A stretch of 36,604 nucleotides of DNA, taken from a virus (taxonomy: Duplodnaviria > Caudoviricetes). Positions 1-7,499 of the stretch are shown in pieces. Position numbers and translations under genes: made by a program. Position 1 is the stretch's first letter. Each line of letters starts with the position of its first letter. Under the pieces are notes generated by a model, which was given only the letters and a program-made list of their open reading frames with translations, was not told the origin of the DNA and did no database searches. The DNA is taken from positions 1 to 36,604 of the IMG/VR virus record IMGVR_UViG_3300047300_000283; one strand, given 5' to 3'.

Positions 1-282
1 CGGCTTCAGAAGACGAATATTCTTAGGAAGTATCCAAAAATGAAGTGGGGTCTGATTGACCTGAAACCTTATCCATGACACGCAAAGCAGTAAGCAATCA
101 AAGCGACAGATACATGATTGAACTTGGAGAGGCCAGAGTGCTTTTTCGCACTTACGAGGCAACAGGCAAGAAGGTTTTGACACCTGTTCGCATTGAGTGG
201 CTTGAGCGTACCTATGGAACTGGCTCTGTGGAGCGCATTAAGTCGTACATGGTAAAACTACAAAAAGGCGAACTGGAATGAC
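1..282. repeat. Terminal direct repeat, block 1 (copy at 34440-34721)
   Basis: Sequence from position 1 (cggcttcagaagacg...) recurs at 34440, offset 34439, with about 8 mostly synonymous substitutions. Homology ends after ...aactggaatgac. Confidence 0.95.
75..281 (+). CDS. Hypothetical phage protein (68 aa), near-identical to 34514..34720
   Basis: ATGA-coupled ORF. The two copies differ almost only at synonymous sites (one Y/F change), which supports coding function. Confidence 0.85.
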   Translation: MTRKAVSNQSDRYMIELGEARVLFRTYEATGKKVLTPVRIEWLERTYGTGSVERIKSYMVKLQKGELE

Positions 283-520
283 AAAACAAGGTGAAGCATC
301 TGTTTCGGCAAGACGGGCAAGTATGTACCGCAAGGTTCTTGCAATATTTGACCAAGTGCCAGACAAGTTTCAGGCAAGGCAAGTCTGTGAATTGGCTGGG
401 ATTAAAAAGATTCAGACCGAGTACCAAGTTCTTGCAAAGATACTTGAGCAAGACTTTAAGTGCATCCAGGCTGGTTACACATCACACGACAGACACTGGA
501 AAAAGCCATGTTCCAAGTAA
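278..520 (+). CDS. Hypothetical protein (80 aa), possibly winged-helix-like
   Basis: ATGA overlap with the upstream gene and overlap with the rusA start. Confidence 0.65.
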   Translation: MTKQGEASVSARRASMYRKVLAIFDQVPDKFQARQVCELAGIKKIQTEYQVLAKILEQDFKCIQAGYTSHDRHWKKPCSK

Positions 521-918
521 TTTTCTCGGTTGAAGGCGATCCAGTTGGCAAGCAACGCCCAAGGTTTTCAAGAGGCCGAACCTACACACCTAAGAAGACG
601 GTTGATTACGAGAAGCTGATTGCTGACAAAGCAAGACAAGCAATGGGGTCATCAGAACCTTTGTCAACGCCTGTAGCGGTTTATTTGTATGTCAACCATG
701 CCATACCCCTAAGCTACTCAAAAAAACGCCGTGAAGCCTGCTTAAATCGTTCTGAGCGACCAAAGAAGCCTGACCTTGATAATAGCGCAAAGGCTTATCT
801 CGATGCTATGAACGGCATTGTTTACAAAGACGATGTTCAGGTGGTCAGCCTTCATGTGACCAAGCGTTACGACACCATCGCCAGCGTCCATGTTTGCGTC
901 CGTGAGGAATTGCCATGA
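508..918 (+). CDS. rusA: RusA family Holliday junction resolvase
   Basis: Motifs GDPVGKQRPR, YTPKKT, KKPDLDNSAKAYLDAMNGIVYKDDVQVV. The MFQVIF start at 508 is preferred over 460. Confidence 0.92.
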   Translation: MFQVIFSVEGDPVGKQRPRFSRGRTYTPKKTVDYEKLIADKARQAMGSSEPLSTPVAVYLYVNHAIPLSYSKKRREACLNRSERPKKPDLDNSAKAYLDAMNGIVYKDDVQVVSLHVTKRYDTIASVHVCVREELP

Positions 919-1322
919 AGGTCACTTTGTTTAACGCCCAACAAGGCCACACAGCGATAACAGAGATATGGCAAAAGGCCAAGCCTTACCTGATGGCTGG
1001 CAATAAGCTGGTTCTGACGATTGAACAAGAAAAGCGCAGCCAAGAGCAAAACGCTTTGATGTGGTCAGTTCTGACAGACTTGTCAAAACAAGTTCCGTGG
1101 CATGGCGAAAAGCTGACCAAAGAAGAATACAAAGACTTGCTGACTGCTGGCCTGAAAAAGCAAAGAGCCATTCCCGGCATTGACGGTGGCTTTGTTGTTC
1201 TCGGAACATCAACCAGCAAGATGACCAAACAAGAAATGACTGACCTGATAACGCTGGCACACGCATTTGGTGATGAGCGAGAAGTTAAGTGGTCGCCAAC
1301 AAGCATTGGTTCTGATGACTAA
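915..1322 (+). CDS. ninB: NinB/Orf family recombination protein
   Basis: Motifs KRSQEQNALMW..LTDLSKQVPWHG, PGIDGGFVVLGTSTSKMTKQEMTDLI..AFG. Confidence 0.92.
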   Translation: MKVTLFNAQQGHTAITEIWQKAKPYLMAGNKLVLTIEQEKRSQEQNALMWSVLTDLSKQVPWHGEKLTKEEYKDLLTAGLKKQRAIPGIDGGFVVLGTSTSKMTKQEMTDLITLAHAFGDEREVKWSPTSIGSDD

Positions 1323-1602
1323 AGACGAAAAAGCGCACAAGCAAGCCGTGGCTTCTTTGGGCTGCGCTCTTTGCTATCACTTGCATGGGCCACACGATCC
1401 TGCGCCCGTGGAACTCCATCACCTTAGAGCAGGAGGATGGGGTAAAGGCGATTACAAAACATTGATTCCGCTATGCCCAGAGCATCACCGAGGAAACACT
1501 GGTGTTCACGGCTTGGGAACAAAAGGATTCGTCAAGCACTATGGAATAACGCAGCAAGAGTTGCTTGATTGGACGCTTCTAAGGGTTTGTCCTAATGCGT
1601 AA
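1315..1602 (+). CDS. ref: Ref-family (RecA-dependent) HNH-type nuclease
   Basis: Motifs VASLGCALC, ELHHLRAG, IPLCPEHHRG..GVHG. Start MTKDEK at 1315. Confidence 0.8.
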   Translation: MTKDEKAHKQAVASLGCALCYHLHGPHDPAPVELHHLRAGGWGKGDYKTLIPLCPEHHRGNTGVHGLGTKGFVKHYGITQQELLDWTLLRVCPNA

Positions 1603-1805
1603 ACCTAGAAATCTGTGGAAAATTACTTTGTCAACAACAGGAGATGTCCATGAACTACCAAGCCATTGCAACCGCAATGCGAGATGAAATTGCTAACCCT
1701 TTGAAGTGCTATATGCCAAACAGCCCTGCGGCATTTGTCCGTGACCGACTGTTTCAACAAGGCCGATGGGAAGACGCTACTTGGTTTTGGGGTTGCGTAT
1801 GCCGA
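1579..1805. repeat. Terminal direct repeat, block 3 (copy at 36378-36604)
   Basis: ctaagggtttgtcctaatgcg...tgcgtatgccga recurs at offset 34799, with two small patches of substitutions. Confidence 0.95.
1580..1623 (+). promoter_or_regulatory. Promoter A: TAAGGGTTTGTCCTAAT box plus TGTG-GAAAAT -10-like element
   Basis: The box recurs at four other operon starts at near-constant distance from a -10-like hexamer. Followed by caacaacAGGAG SD and ATG. Confidence 0.6.
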
Positions 1806-1904
1806 GACAAATTCGGCGTTGATGACCTTGACCAATTAAACGATCAACTCAAGCAATTAGACGCAAACGAAGCAATGGCCGATTGGGGCACTAAGGGGAC
1901 ATGA
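1650..1904 (+). CDS. Hypothetical phage protein
   Basis: Strong AGGAG SD. ATG at 1644 or 1650. Coupled to the next gene. Confidence 0.75.
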   Translation: MNYQAIATAMRDEIANPLKCYMPNSPAAFVRDRLFQQGRWEDATWFWGCVCRDKFGVDDLDQLNDQLKQLDANEAMADWGTKGT

Positions 1905-2233
1905 TGAAAAGAATACTTTTAATTGCTTCATTGTTATGCACTGGCGCACAAGCACAGTTCTTCACTGGCAACGACTTGTTGACCCGTCTTAACTCAGACA
2001 GCAACATTGATAAAAGCATTGCAACGGGTTTCATTATGGGTGTGTATGACGCAACTCATAGTGCTATCCACTGCCCACCAGAGAATGTGACCGTTGGTCA
2101 AGTCAAAGACATGGTGATTAAGAACTTACACAAAGGTGCAGAAGCCCGTCATTTGGCCGCAGAAGCGTTTGTAACCTACACGCTGAACTCTGCATGGCCT
2201 TGCCCCAAGAAAAGCAAAGGTAGAGACATATGA
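1901..2233 (+). CDS. Rap1a/Tai-family immunity-like secreted protein
   Basis: Signal peptide (MKRILLIASLLCTGAQA), FFTGNDL, GFIMGVYD, CPPENVTVGQ, C-terminal AWPC. Confidence 0.75.
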   Translation: MMKRILLIASLLCTGAQAQFFTGNDLLTRLNSDSNIDKSIATGFIMGVYDATHSAIHCPPENVTVGQVKDMVIKNLHKGAEARHLAAEAFVTYTLNSAWPCPKKSKGRDI

Positions 2234-2475
2234 GCAAAGAAGCAATGAAGCTGGCTCTGGAGCATGGAAGCGTTTGCATAGGTACGAAAAACGGAATGGG
2301 TGTTTATGTTTCCGCTGCACTGCTTGGTCAATTAGGTTTGCGAGAGTGCAAGGAGCGTCTTGGGCTAACCAAACACTGGCCTGTCCGAACGGATTTGAGT
2401 GGGAGTGTTGTCATGGTTGAAGGTGAAACCCATGAGGACGCAATTAACCGCTACTTAAATAGGAATGAGAAATGA
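2230..2475 (+). CDS. Hypothetical accessory protein
   Basis: ATGA coupling at both ends. N-terminus EAMKLALE is shared with the next gene. Confidence 0.65.
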   Translation: MSKEAMKLALEHGSVCIGTKNGMGVYVSAALLGQLGLRECKERLGLTKHWPVRTDLSGSVVMVEGETHEDAINRYLNRNEK

Positions 2476-2915
2476 CCAAACAAACAGAAGCAATGAAGCT
2501 GGCGCTGGAGGCGTTGGAAAAGGCAGACAGGCACTGCCCAGTGAACACGGAAGCCGAGGTGTTTGTGCGGCTATCCATCACTGCCCTGCAAGAAGCACTG
2601 GCAGAGCAGAAGTCAGGCATCAAGCAAGTGATTGAGCTTTACGACAGTCCTGACCAGCCAGCACAGCCGCAGCAGGATCCTTTCATTTACTACCGCCACT
2701 ATGACGGTGGGACGCAGGATTTCCCAGACGAAAAGACGATCCCCCTCTACACATCCCCACCAGCACAGCGCACATGGGTTGGGCTGACGGACGAGGAATA
2801 CAGAGAGGCTGAGAAGGCTGTTTGGGCTGTCATTTCATTGGATGACACCGAGAAAGAAGCCAACAGTGAGTTCTACGAAGCCATCGAAGCCAAACTCAAG
2901 GAGAAGAACACATGA
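2472..2915 (+). CDS. Modular accessory protein (EAMKLALEAL / PLYT / WVGLTDEE / IEAKLKEKN motifs)
   Basis: ATGA-coupled. Motifs are typical of variable phage accessory proteins. Confidence 0.75.
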   Translation: MTKQTEAMKLALEALEKADRHCPVNTEAEVFVRLSITALQEALAEQKSGIKQVIELYDSPDQPAQPQQDPFIYYRHYDGGTQDFPDEKTIPLYTSPPAQRTWVGLTDEEYREAEKAVWAVISLDDTEKEANSEFYEAIEAKLKEKNT

Positions 2916-3106
2916 GAAACGTCAGCGGCTACCTGACAGACGATGGGCGATTCTTTCAGGACAAAAAAGAAGCAGAAGCCCATGAAAGATTGCTTGGTGT
3001 GAACAAGCTGATTGAGCAATTCGTGGCAATGAAGTGGTCAAAGGGCGACAACATTGAAGACTCGCTTCAAGCATGGGAAAGATACAAAACGGAGATGAAC
3101 AAATGA
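2912..3106 (+). CDS. Hypothetical protein
   Basis: AAGGAG SD and ATGA coupling. Confidence 0.7.
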   Translation: MRNVSGYLTDDGRFFQDKKEAEAHERLLGVNKLIEQFVAMKWSKGDNIEDSLQAWERYKTEMNK

Positions 3107-3255
3107 AAGGTATTACATATTTTCGTTCATGGGGATTTTCAATAAATGAAGGTGGAAAACCAATAAATATTCATGTTCAATGGCGCAATAGATTTGGTTT
3201 TTATCTTTATTTTTTTGGAAGTCGTATTAGTTTTTTTGTGAAGAAAAATAAATGA
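3103..3255 (+). CDS. Small AT-rich hypothetical protein (MKGITYF...)
   Basis: GGAG SD and ATGA overlaps at both ends. Markedly AT-rich. Confidence 0.5.
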   Translation: MKGITYFRSWGFSINEGGKPINIHVQWRNRFGFYLYFFGSRISFFVKKNK

Positions 3256-3491
3256 ACGTAGTCATTTACACAAAATTTGGTTGCCCCAACTGCCTGATAG
3301 CACAGAACCTGCTGGCAAGCAAAGGCATTGGTTTTATCGAGATGCACCAAGAAACAGACGAGTTTGAGTTTGAGAAGATGCTCAAGGCCCATCCAACTGT
3401 GCGTCAACTACCCCAGATATTTATTGAAGGTCAGCGCGTTGGTGGATTGGCTGGACTGCAAGAGGCGTTGAAACAGATGGGGTATGTATGA
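3252..3491 (+). CDS. Glutaredoxin
   Basis: VVIYTKFGCPNC active site and QLPQIFIEGQRVGG cis-Pro/GG motif. Confidence 0.92.
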   Translation: MNVVIYTKFGCPNCLIAQNLLASKGIGFIEMHQETDEFEFEKMLKAHPTVRQLPQIFIEGQRVGGLAGLQEALKQMGYV

Positions 3492-3892
3492 AAACAGTGA
3501 TTGAGATGGCGCGGGAGAGTGGGCTTTTGACCATAGGCACCGCTGATGGCAGCGAGGCCGTTTACACATGGCCCAAAGGAATCACTGACGAGCTTGAACG
3601 CTTTGCCGAGCTTGTCCGCGCTGACGAGCGTGAGCACATAGCTGCGTGGATGATTCAGCGTGGCTACTCAACAGGACACGGCGATACAACAAAAGACTTG
3701 CTTGATGAACTTGATTGGCAAGTAGTGCAAAACTGGGCTAGCGCCATGAAAACTGGTGTTGAAACCGAGCGTGAGGCGTGTGCGAAGGTGGCAGACACAA
3801 TCAGCGACAAATATGGATGGGGACACTACGGCAACGAAGTTGATACAGCCGATGAGATTTCCGCCGCCATCCGAGCAAGGGGGCAGTCATGA
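3488..3892 (+). CDS. Hypothetical accessory protein (LERFAELV / EREAC / AIRARG motifs)
   Basis: Coupled ORF with recurrent phage accessory-protein motifs. Confidence 0.75.
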   Translation: MKTVIEMARESGLLTIGTADGSEAVYTWPKGITDELERFAELVRADEREHIAAWMIQRGYSTGHGDTTKDLLDELDWQVVQNWASAMKTGVETEREACAKVADTISDKYGWGHYGNEVDTADEISAAIRARGQS

Positions 3893-4065
3893 CCGAGCAA
3901 GACTTGCTTGATGCCAAGCGTTTTCTGACTGACTTGCACTTTGTTCAGGCCAATGCCATCGTGTCACTGCAACTGCAAGACAACAAGAAAGCCATTGAGT
4001 ACATGAAGCGCATTGCCCAAGTGCGTGATGCTGTGGAAAAACAACTAAAAGATAAGGGTTTATGA
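3889..4065 (+). CDS. Hypothetical protein (58 aa, MTEQDLLDAK...; not in ORF track)
   Basis: Manually translated. ATGA overlaps at both ends fill the gap exactly. Confidence 0.7.
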   Translation: MTEQDLLDAKRFLTDLHFVQANAIVSLQLQDNKKAIEYMKRIAQVRDAVEKQLKDKGL

Positions 4066-4592
4066 GAAAGAAATCAAAATACAAGCCAAAAGGCATCCGT
4101 CTGGACGCTGTTAATTGGGTGATAGCAGGGATGAAGCCAATATCCAGTGTTGGTGACGCTATCCTAGTTCTGAAGGCAAAGAATCATTCAGCACTGACAG
4201 AGGTTGTCCAAGGCCGTGGAAACCGTGACCAGATAGATGTGCTGATTGGCGCACTCAATATCTGTGAGGCTTTTGCTGTTCACGGAAAATGAAGTGATTG
4301 GCTACCAGAGATCAAAGAAGCACAAGATGCGCTTTATGACATGGCTTTAAGAGGCGTGAATACAGAGAAGTTCTTGTTTCGTGGCCCTGAGATGCAAGCT
4401 GTTAACTTGGCTATGGAAATTCACGATGCTCAACTGGAAGCGGCAACCGTGAAAGAACTTGAGGATATGACCGACTTTGTGACAAAGCAGATCATCCTCA
4501 AGAAGGCTAGACCTATTGTCAGTAAACAAGAATGTCAAAGTACGCCAGAGCAAAACAGCAAAGGACTAAGCCAAGTCCTACAGCCAGCGTGA
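4062..4592 (+). pseudogene. Phage protein interrupted by one in-frame TGA (4290-4292)
   Basis: ORFs 4062..4292 and 4341..4592 are in the same frame, and the codons between them are open (SDWLPEIKEAQDALYD). Confidence 0.7.
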
Positions 4593-4617
4593 TGTCTGCA
4601 ATTGTTTCTTTGTTCAT
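4519..4617 (-). CDS. 32-aa single-TM membrane peptide (MNKETIADITLAVGLGLVLCCFALAYFDILVY)
   Basis: AAGGAG SD upstream, preceded by a GGGGC-TTCG-GCCCC hairpin. Downstream of 4654..4866 on the same strand. Confidence 0.6.
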   Translation of the reverse strand: MNKETIADITLAVGLGLVLCCFALAYFDILVY

Positions 4618-4632
4618 GGTGAACTCCTTGAT

Positions 4633-4646
4633 GGGGCCGAAGCCCC
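4633..4646 (-). other. UUCG-tetraloop hairpin GGGGC-TTCG-GCCCC
   Basis: Perfect 5-bp GC stem with a C(UUCG)G loop, between the two leftward genes. Confidence 0.6.
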
Positions 4647-4653
4647 GGTTGAT

Positions 4654-4866
4654 TTAAGCTGACAATTCTGTTTTGACTCTTGTAAGGGCGCTAAAAAAAT
4701 CTTTTTTAGCTTTTTCCCCCCATCCTGTTTTTTTGAATTCTGTCTGGTCATTTGTACGATAAAACCGAGCATATGTGCCATCGGAATGTTTGACAAATTT
4801 GATTACGCCAGACCAGATTGTTTCCTCAACTACCAGTGTGTCTTTGCTTGTGTAGATGCTGTTCAT
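4654..4866 (-). CDS. Hypothetical protein (70 aa), leftward moron-like gene
   Basis: GGAG SD and its own promoter (box B). Confidence 0.7.
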   Translation of the reverse strand: MNSIYTSKDTLVVEETIWSGVIKFVKHSDGTYARFYRTNDQTEFKKTGWGEKAKKDFFSALTRVKTELSA

Positions 4867-4896
4867 TTGCTTCTCCGTTGTGTTGTTGATGGCTCT

Positions 4897-4939
4897 ATTA
4901 TCAAGTTATCAACAAAAAATTCTATAGGACAAACCCTAA
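4897..4939 (-). promoter_or_regulatory. Promoter B: TTAGGGTTTGTCCTAT box plus TT-GATAAT -10
   Basis: Reverse complement of 4897-4939 has the same box and spacing as promoter A, followed by caacaac...GGAG-ATG. Confidence 0.65.
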
Positions 4940-4996
4940 TAGCCAACTCGCCAAAATTGTGCTAGGGTGCTAGAATCTATGCAACTGGAGAACACT

Positions 4997-5359
4997 ATGG
5001 CTGGCTTGCTTGGTACTGAACTAGAAATCTCGATCGAGATTGAAGAAGCGGAAGAACCGAAATTTGATGAGGCTGAAAACGCCAAGACCATCAAATACAT
5101 GGAAGAAACGCAGATGTACGGGCCGAAAGACCCAAGCAAGCCTAACTCCGACTTCTGGCGTGACCTTGCCAACCATTGGCGTATTGCACCCGACCAAGCC
5201 AAGCGTAAACTGTGTTCCAACTGCGAATACGGTGATGACAGCCCTGAAACCAAAGAGATGTATGGCGACATGGCTATTTACTGCAAGAAGTTTGATTTCG
5301 TCTGTGGCGAAGGCAAAACCTGTAAGCGTTGGGATCAAGGCGAGAAAGAGGGAGATTGA
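4997..5359 (+). CDS. Acidic Cys-cluster protein (HiPIP-like Cys spacing)
   Basis: GGAG SD. CSNC...YCKKFDFVC....TCKRW. Confidence 0.65.
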   Translation: MAGLLGTELEISIEIEEAEEPKFDEAENAKTIKYMEETQMYGPKDPSKPNSDFWRDLANHWRIAPDQAKRKLCSNCEYGDDSPETKEMYGDMAIYCKKFDFVCGEGKTCKRWDQGEKEGD

Positions 5360-5360
5360 C

Positions 5361-5495
5361 GTGGGTACTACCAATCAAAAACCAACAACTGCCAAAGAAG
5401 CAAAGAAGTTTGCTGAACAGACCCGTAAACAAGCCGAATCAAAAGGTTGGCAATCTATGGCTTATAAGTTTTCAGCCCCGAAAGGCAAAAAATGA
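5361..5495 (+). CDS. Small basic protein (44 aa, GTG start)
   Basis: GAGGGAG SD and ATGA coupling to the next gene. Confidence 0.55.
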   Translation: MGTTNQKPTTAKEAKKFAEQTRKQAESKGWQSMAYKFSAPKGKK

Positions 5496-5677
5496 AACTC
5501 ACTGAAGCCGCCAAGAAAATTGGTAAAGTCATGGGCGAATACAAGGAAGGCAAACTCAAGTCTTCTTCTGGTCAAAAGGTCAAAAGCCGAGATCAAGCTA
5601 TTGCAATCGCCATGAGCGAAAGCCGTTCCATGCCTAACCGTGGTGGCCGCACAGCCACAAACAGGAGCAAGAAATGA
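5492..5677 (+). CDS. Small basic protein, DUF6496-like
   Basis: KIGKVMGEYKEGKLKS..G.KVKSRDQAIAIAMSE motif. Confidence 0.75.
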   Translation: MKLTEAAKKIGKVMGEYKEGKLKSSSGQKVKSRDQAIAIAMSESRSMPNRGGRTATNRSKK

Positions 5678-5829
5678 ATGGACTCTACGCCAATATTGCT
5701 GCAAAGCGTGACCGCATTGAAAAGCAAAAAGCCGCTGGTAAAACACCAGAGCGTATGCGTAAACCCGGCACAAAGGGCGCACCTACTGCTGCCGCCTTCA
5801 AAGCCGCCGCAAAGACTGCAAAAAAATGA
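5674..5829 (+). CDS. Small Lys/Ala-rich protein (51 aa, MNGLYANIAAKR...; not in ORF track)
   Basis: AGGAG SD, ATGA overlaps at both ends, GLYANI..KR...MRKPG.KGAPT motif. Confidence 0.75.
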   Translation: MNGLYANIAAKRDRIEKQKAAGKTPERMRKPGTKGAPTAAAFKAAAKTAKK

Positions 5830-6077
5830 TTAAGCGTGGCAAAGAACAGTTCTCTGGCTACAACAAGCCAAAGGCAACGCCAAGCCATCCAACCAAAAGC
5901 CATGCAGTTTTGGCTAAATCTGGTGACGATGTAAAGCTGATCCGCTTTGGTCAGCAAGGCGTTAAGGGTTCACCTGACGGTTCTAAGCGCAACGAAGCAT
6001 TTAAGGCACGACACGCTGAAAACATCGCCAAGGGCAAAATGAGCGCAGCCTACTGGTCAAACAAGGTTAAGTGGTGA
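5826..6077 (+). CDS. Small basic phage protein (FKARH...SAAYWS.KVKW)
   Basis: Coupled ORF with a recurrent pre-terminase phage protein motif. Confidence 0.8.
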   Translation: MIKRGKEQFSGYNKPKATPSHPTKSHAVLAKSGDDVKLIRFGQQGVKGSPDGSKRNEAFKARHAENIAKGKMSAAYWSNKVKW

Positions 6078-6085
6078 GGTAAAAA

Positions 6086-7102
6086 ATGGCTGATTTGATT
6101 GGCGGCTTACTTGGGTACATGAAAGACCCAAGGCGAACACAGCAAATGCAAGCATTGGCTGGATTGCTTACGAGCGCCAATGAACGGGCCAAAGGCTTCA
6201 ACGAACTGAACAGAGCCGCCACTGACGAGTTCTTGCAGACCAAGGACATTTACGGGCCAAAAGCACAGCAATTGGCTAAAACGCTTGCTGATGCCTACAA
6301 CCCTATAGGCTTGACAGTATTTCACGGTAGCCCCGCAAAATTCAGCAAGTTTGACCCAACAAAGATTGGTTCTGGTGAAGGCGCACAGGCTTATGGGTAT
6401 GGTCACTATGTGGCTGAAAGTCCTGATGTTGCAAGACGCTACCAGATGGGCTTGACGCAAGCAAAGGGTGAAGAAGTCCTTTACAAGAACAAACCACTTA
6501 CAGACTTGTATAGCCAAATTGAAAACAAGTCCATGAAGCTATCAGGCAAGGCCGCTGATATTGAGAATCAAAAGCTGCAACTGGTTGAGCATATGATGCT
6601 TGACAAGCCGCCACAAGAGTTGATTCCTTACGCCAAAGAGACAGGCTTTGACCAATCTGTCATTGATTGGCTTGAAAAAGATGTTGCAAAAAACACACAG
6701 ATTCCCGGCGCTTTCTATGAAATAGACTTGCCAGATGAACAAATTGCAAAAATGCTTGATTGGTATAAGCCGCTTAGTGAACAACCGAATGTACTGAAAG
6801 TATTAGAAACCCACCCAACAATGGGTAAGGAATCTATTGGATGGAAGGGAGCACCAGAAGGATTGTGGGAAAAATCCATGTCGCTTCCGTCTAAAACAGG
6901 TGAGTGGCTTTATAGAGAGATGCAAGGAAACAACCCGATTGAAACGTCAGAGGCACTGCGCCAATTTGGTATTCCGGGAATCCGATACCTAGACGAAGGA
7001 AGTCGTGGAGCAGAAAAAGGCACATCAAACTTTGTTGTCTTCCCCGGTAACGAAGGATTGCTTACAATACTCAAACGCAACAACAGCTTGCTAGACGATT
7101 AA
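6086..7102 (+). CDS. ADP-ribosyltransferase-like protein (ART-PolyVal type)
   Basis: VFHGSP..F.KFD..KIGSGEGAQAYGYGHYVAE and GIPGIRYLD..SR...TSNFVVF motifs. GAGGT SD. Confidence 0.7.
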   Translation: MADLIGGLLGYMKDPRRTQQMQALAGLLTSANERAKGFNELNRAATDEFLQTKDIYGPKAQQLAKTLADAYNPIGLTVFHGSPAKFSKFDPTKIGSGEGAQAYGYGHYVAESPDVARRYQMGLTQAKGEEVLYKNKPLTDLYSQIENKSMKLSGKAADIENQKLQLVEHMMLDKPPQELIPYAKETGFDQSVIDWLEKDVAKNTQIPGAFYEIDLPDEQIAKMLDWYKPLSEQPNVLKVLETHPTMGKESIGWKGAPEGLWEKSMSLPSKTGEWLYREMQGNNPIETSEALRQFGIPGIRYLDEGSRGAEKGTSNFVVFPGNEGLLTILKRNNSLLDD

Positions 7103-7160
7103 CAACCCCGCAGATGTAAGTCTGCATTAACCTTGACCAACCCTCGGGAGTCAAACCAAA

Positions 7161-7499
7161 ATGAATAAATTACAGGCCGGAAAATCTGAGAACTTAACCA
7201 ACCGTGGCAGGGGAAGGCCACCGGGAAGCGTTAATAAGGCCACCAAGACCTTTAGAGAGACTGTCAGTAGGTTACTAGAGGATAACGCTGAAAACGTCTC
7301 TAAATGGCTTTTAGAGGTTGCAGAGGGAAATCCCGAAAAAGAGATTCGACCAGACCCCAAAGGCGCTTTGACTTTGCTGGCGCAGATGGCCGAGTACGCT
7401 ACTCCTAAACTTAATCGAACTGAGGTCACTGGTGAAGACGGTGGCCCTGTAGAGATTTCAGCCATCCAAATCAAACTGGTCAAGCCGAATGAATCTTGA
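7161..7499 (+). CDS. terS: Terminase small subunit
   Basis: GRGRPPGSVNK N-terminus, EVTGEDGGPVEI C-terminus, immediately upstream of TerL. Confidence 0.8.
   Translation: MNKLQAGKSENLTNRGRGRPPGSVNKATKTFRETVSRLLEDNAENVSKWLLEVAEGNPEKEIRPDPKGALTLLAQMAEYATPKLNRTEVTGEDGGPVEISAIQIKLVKPNES

Noticed and set aside
4290-4292. Genome-wide TGA recoding (alternative genetic code)
   Set aside because: Many genes end in TGA with ATGA coupling and all large genes are intact under code 11. Only one internal TGA was seen.
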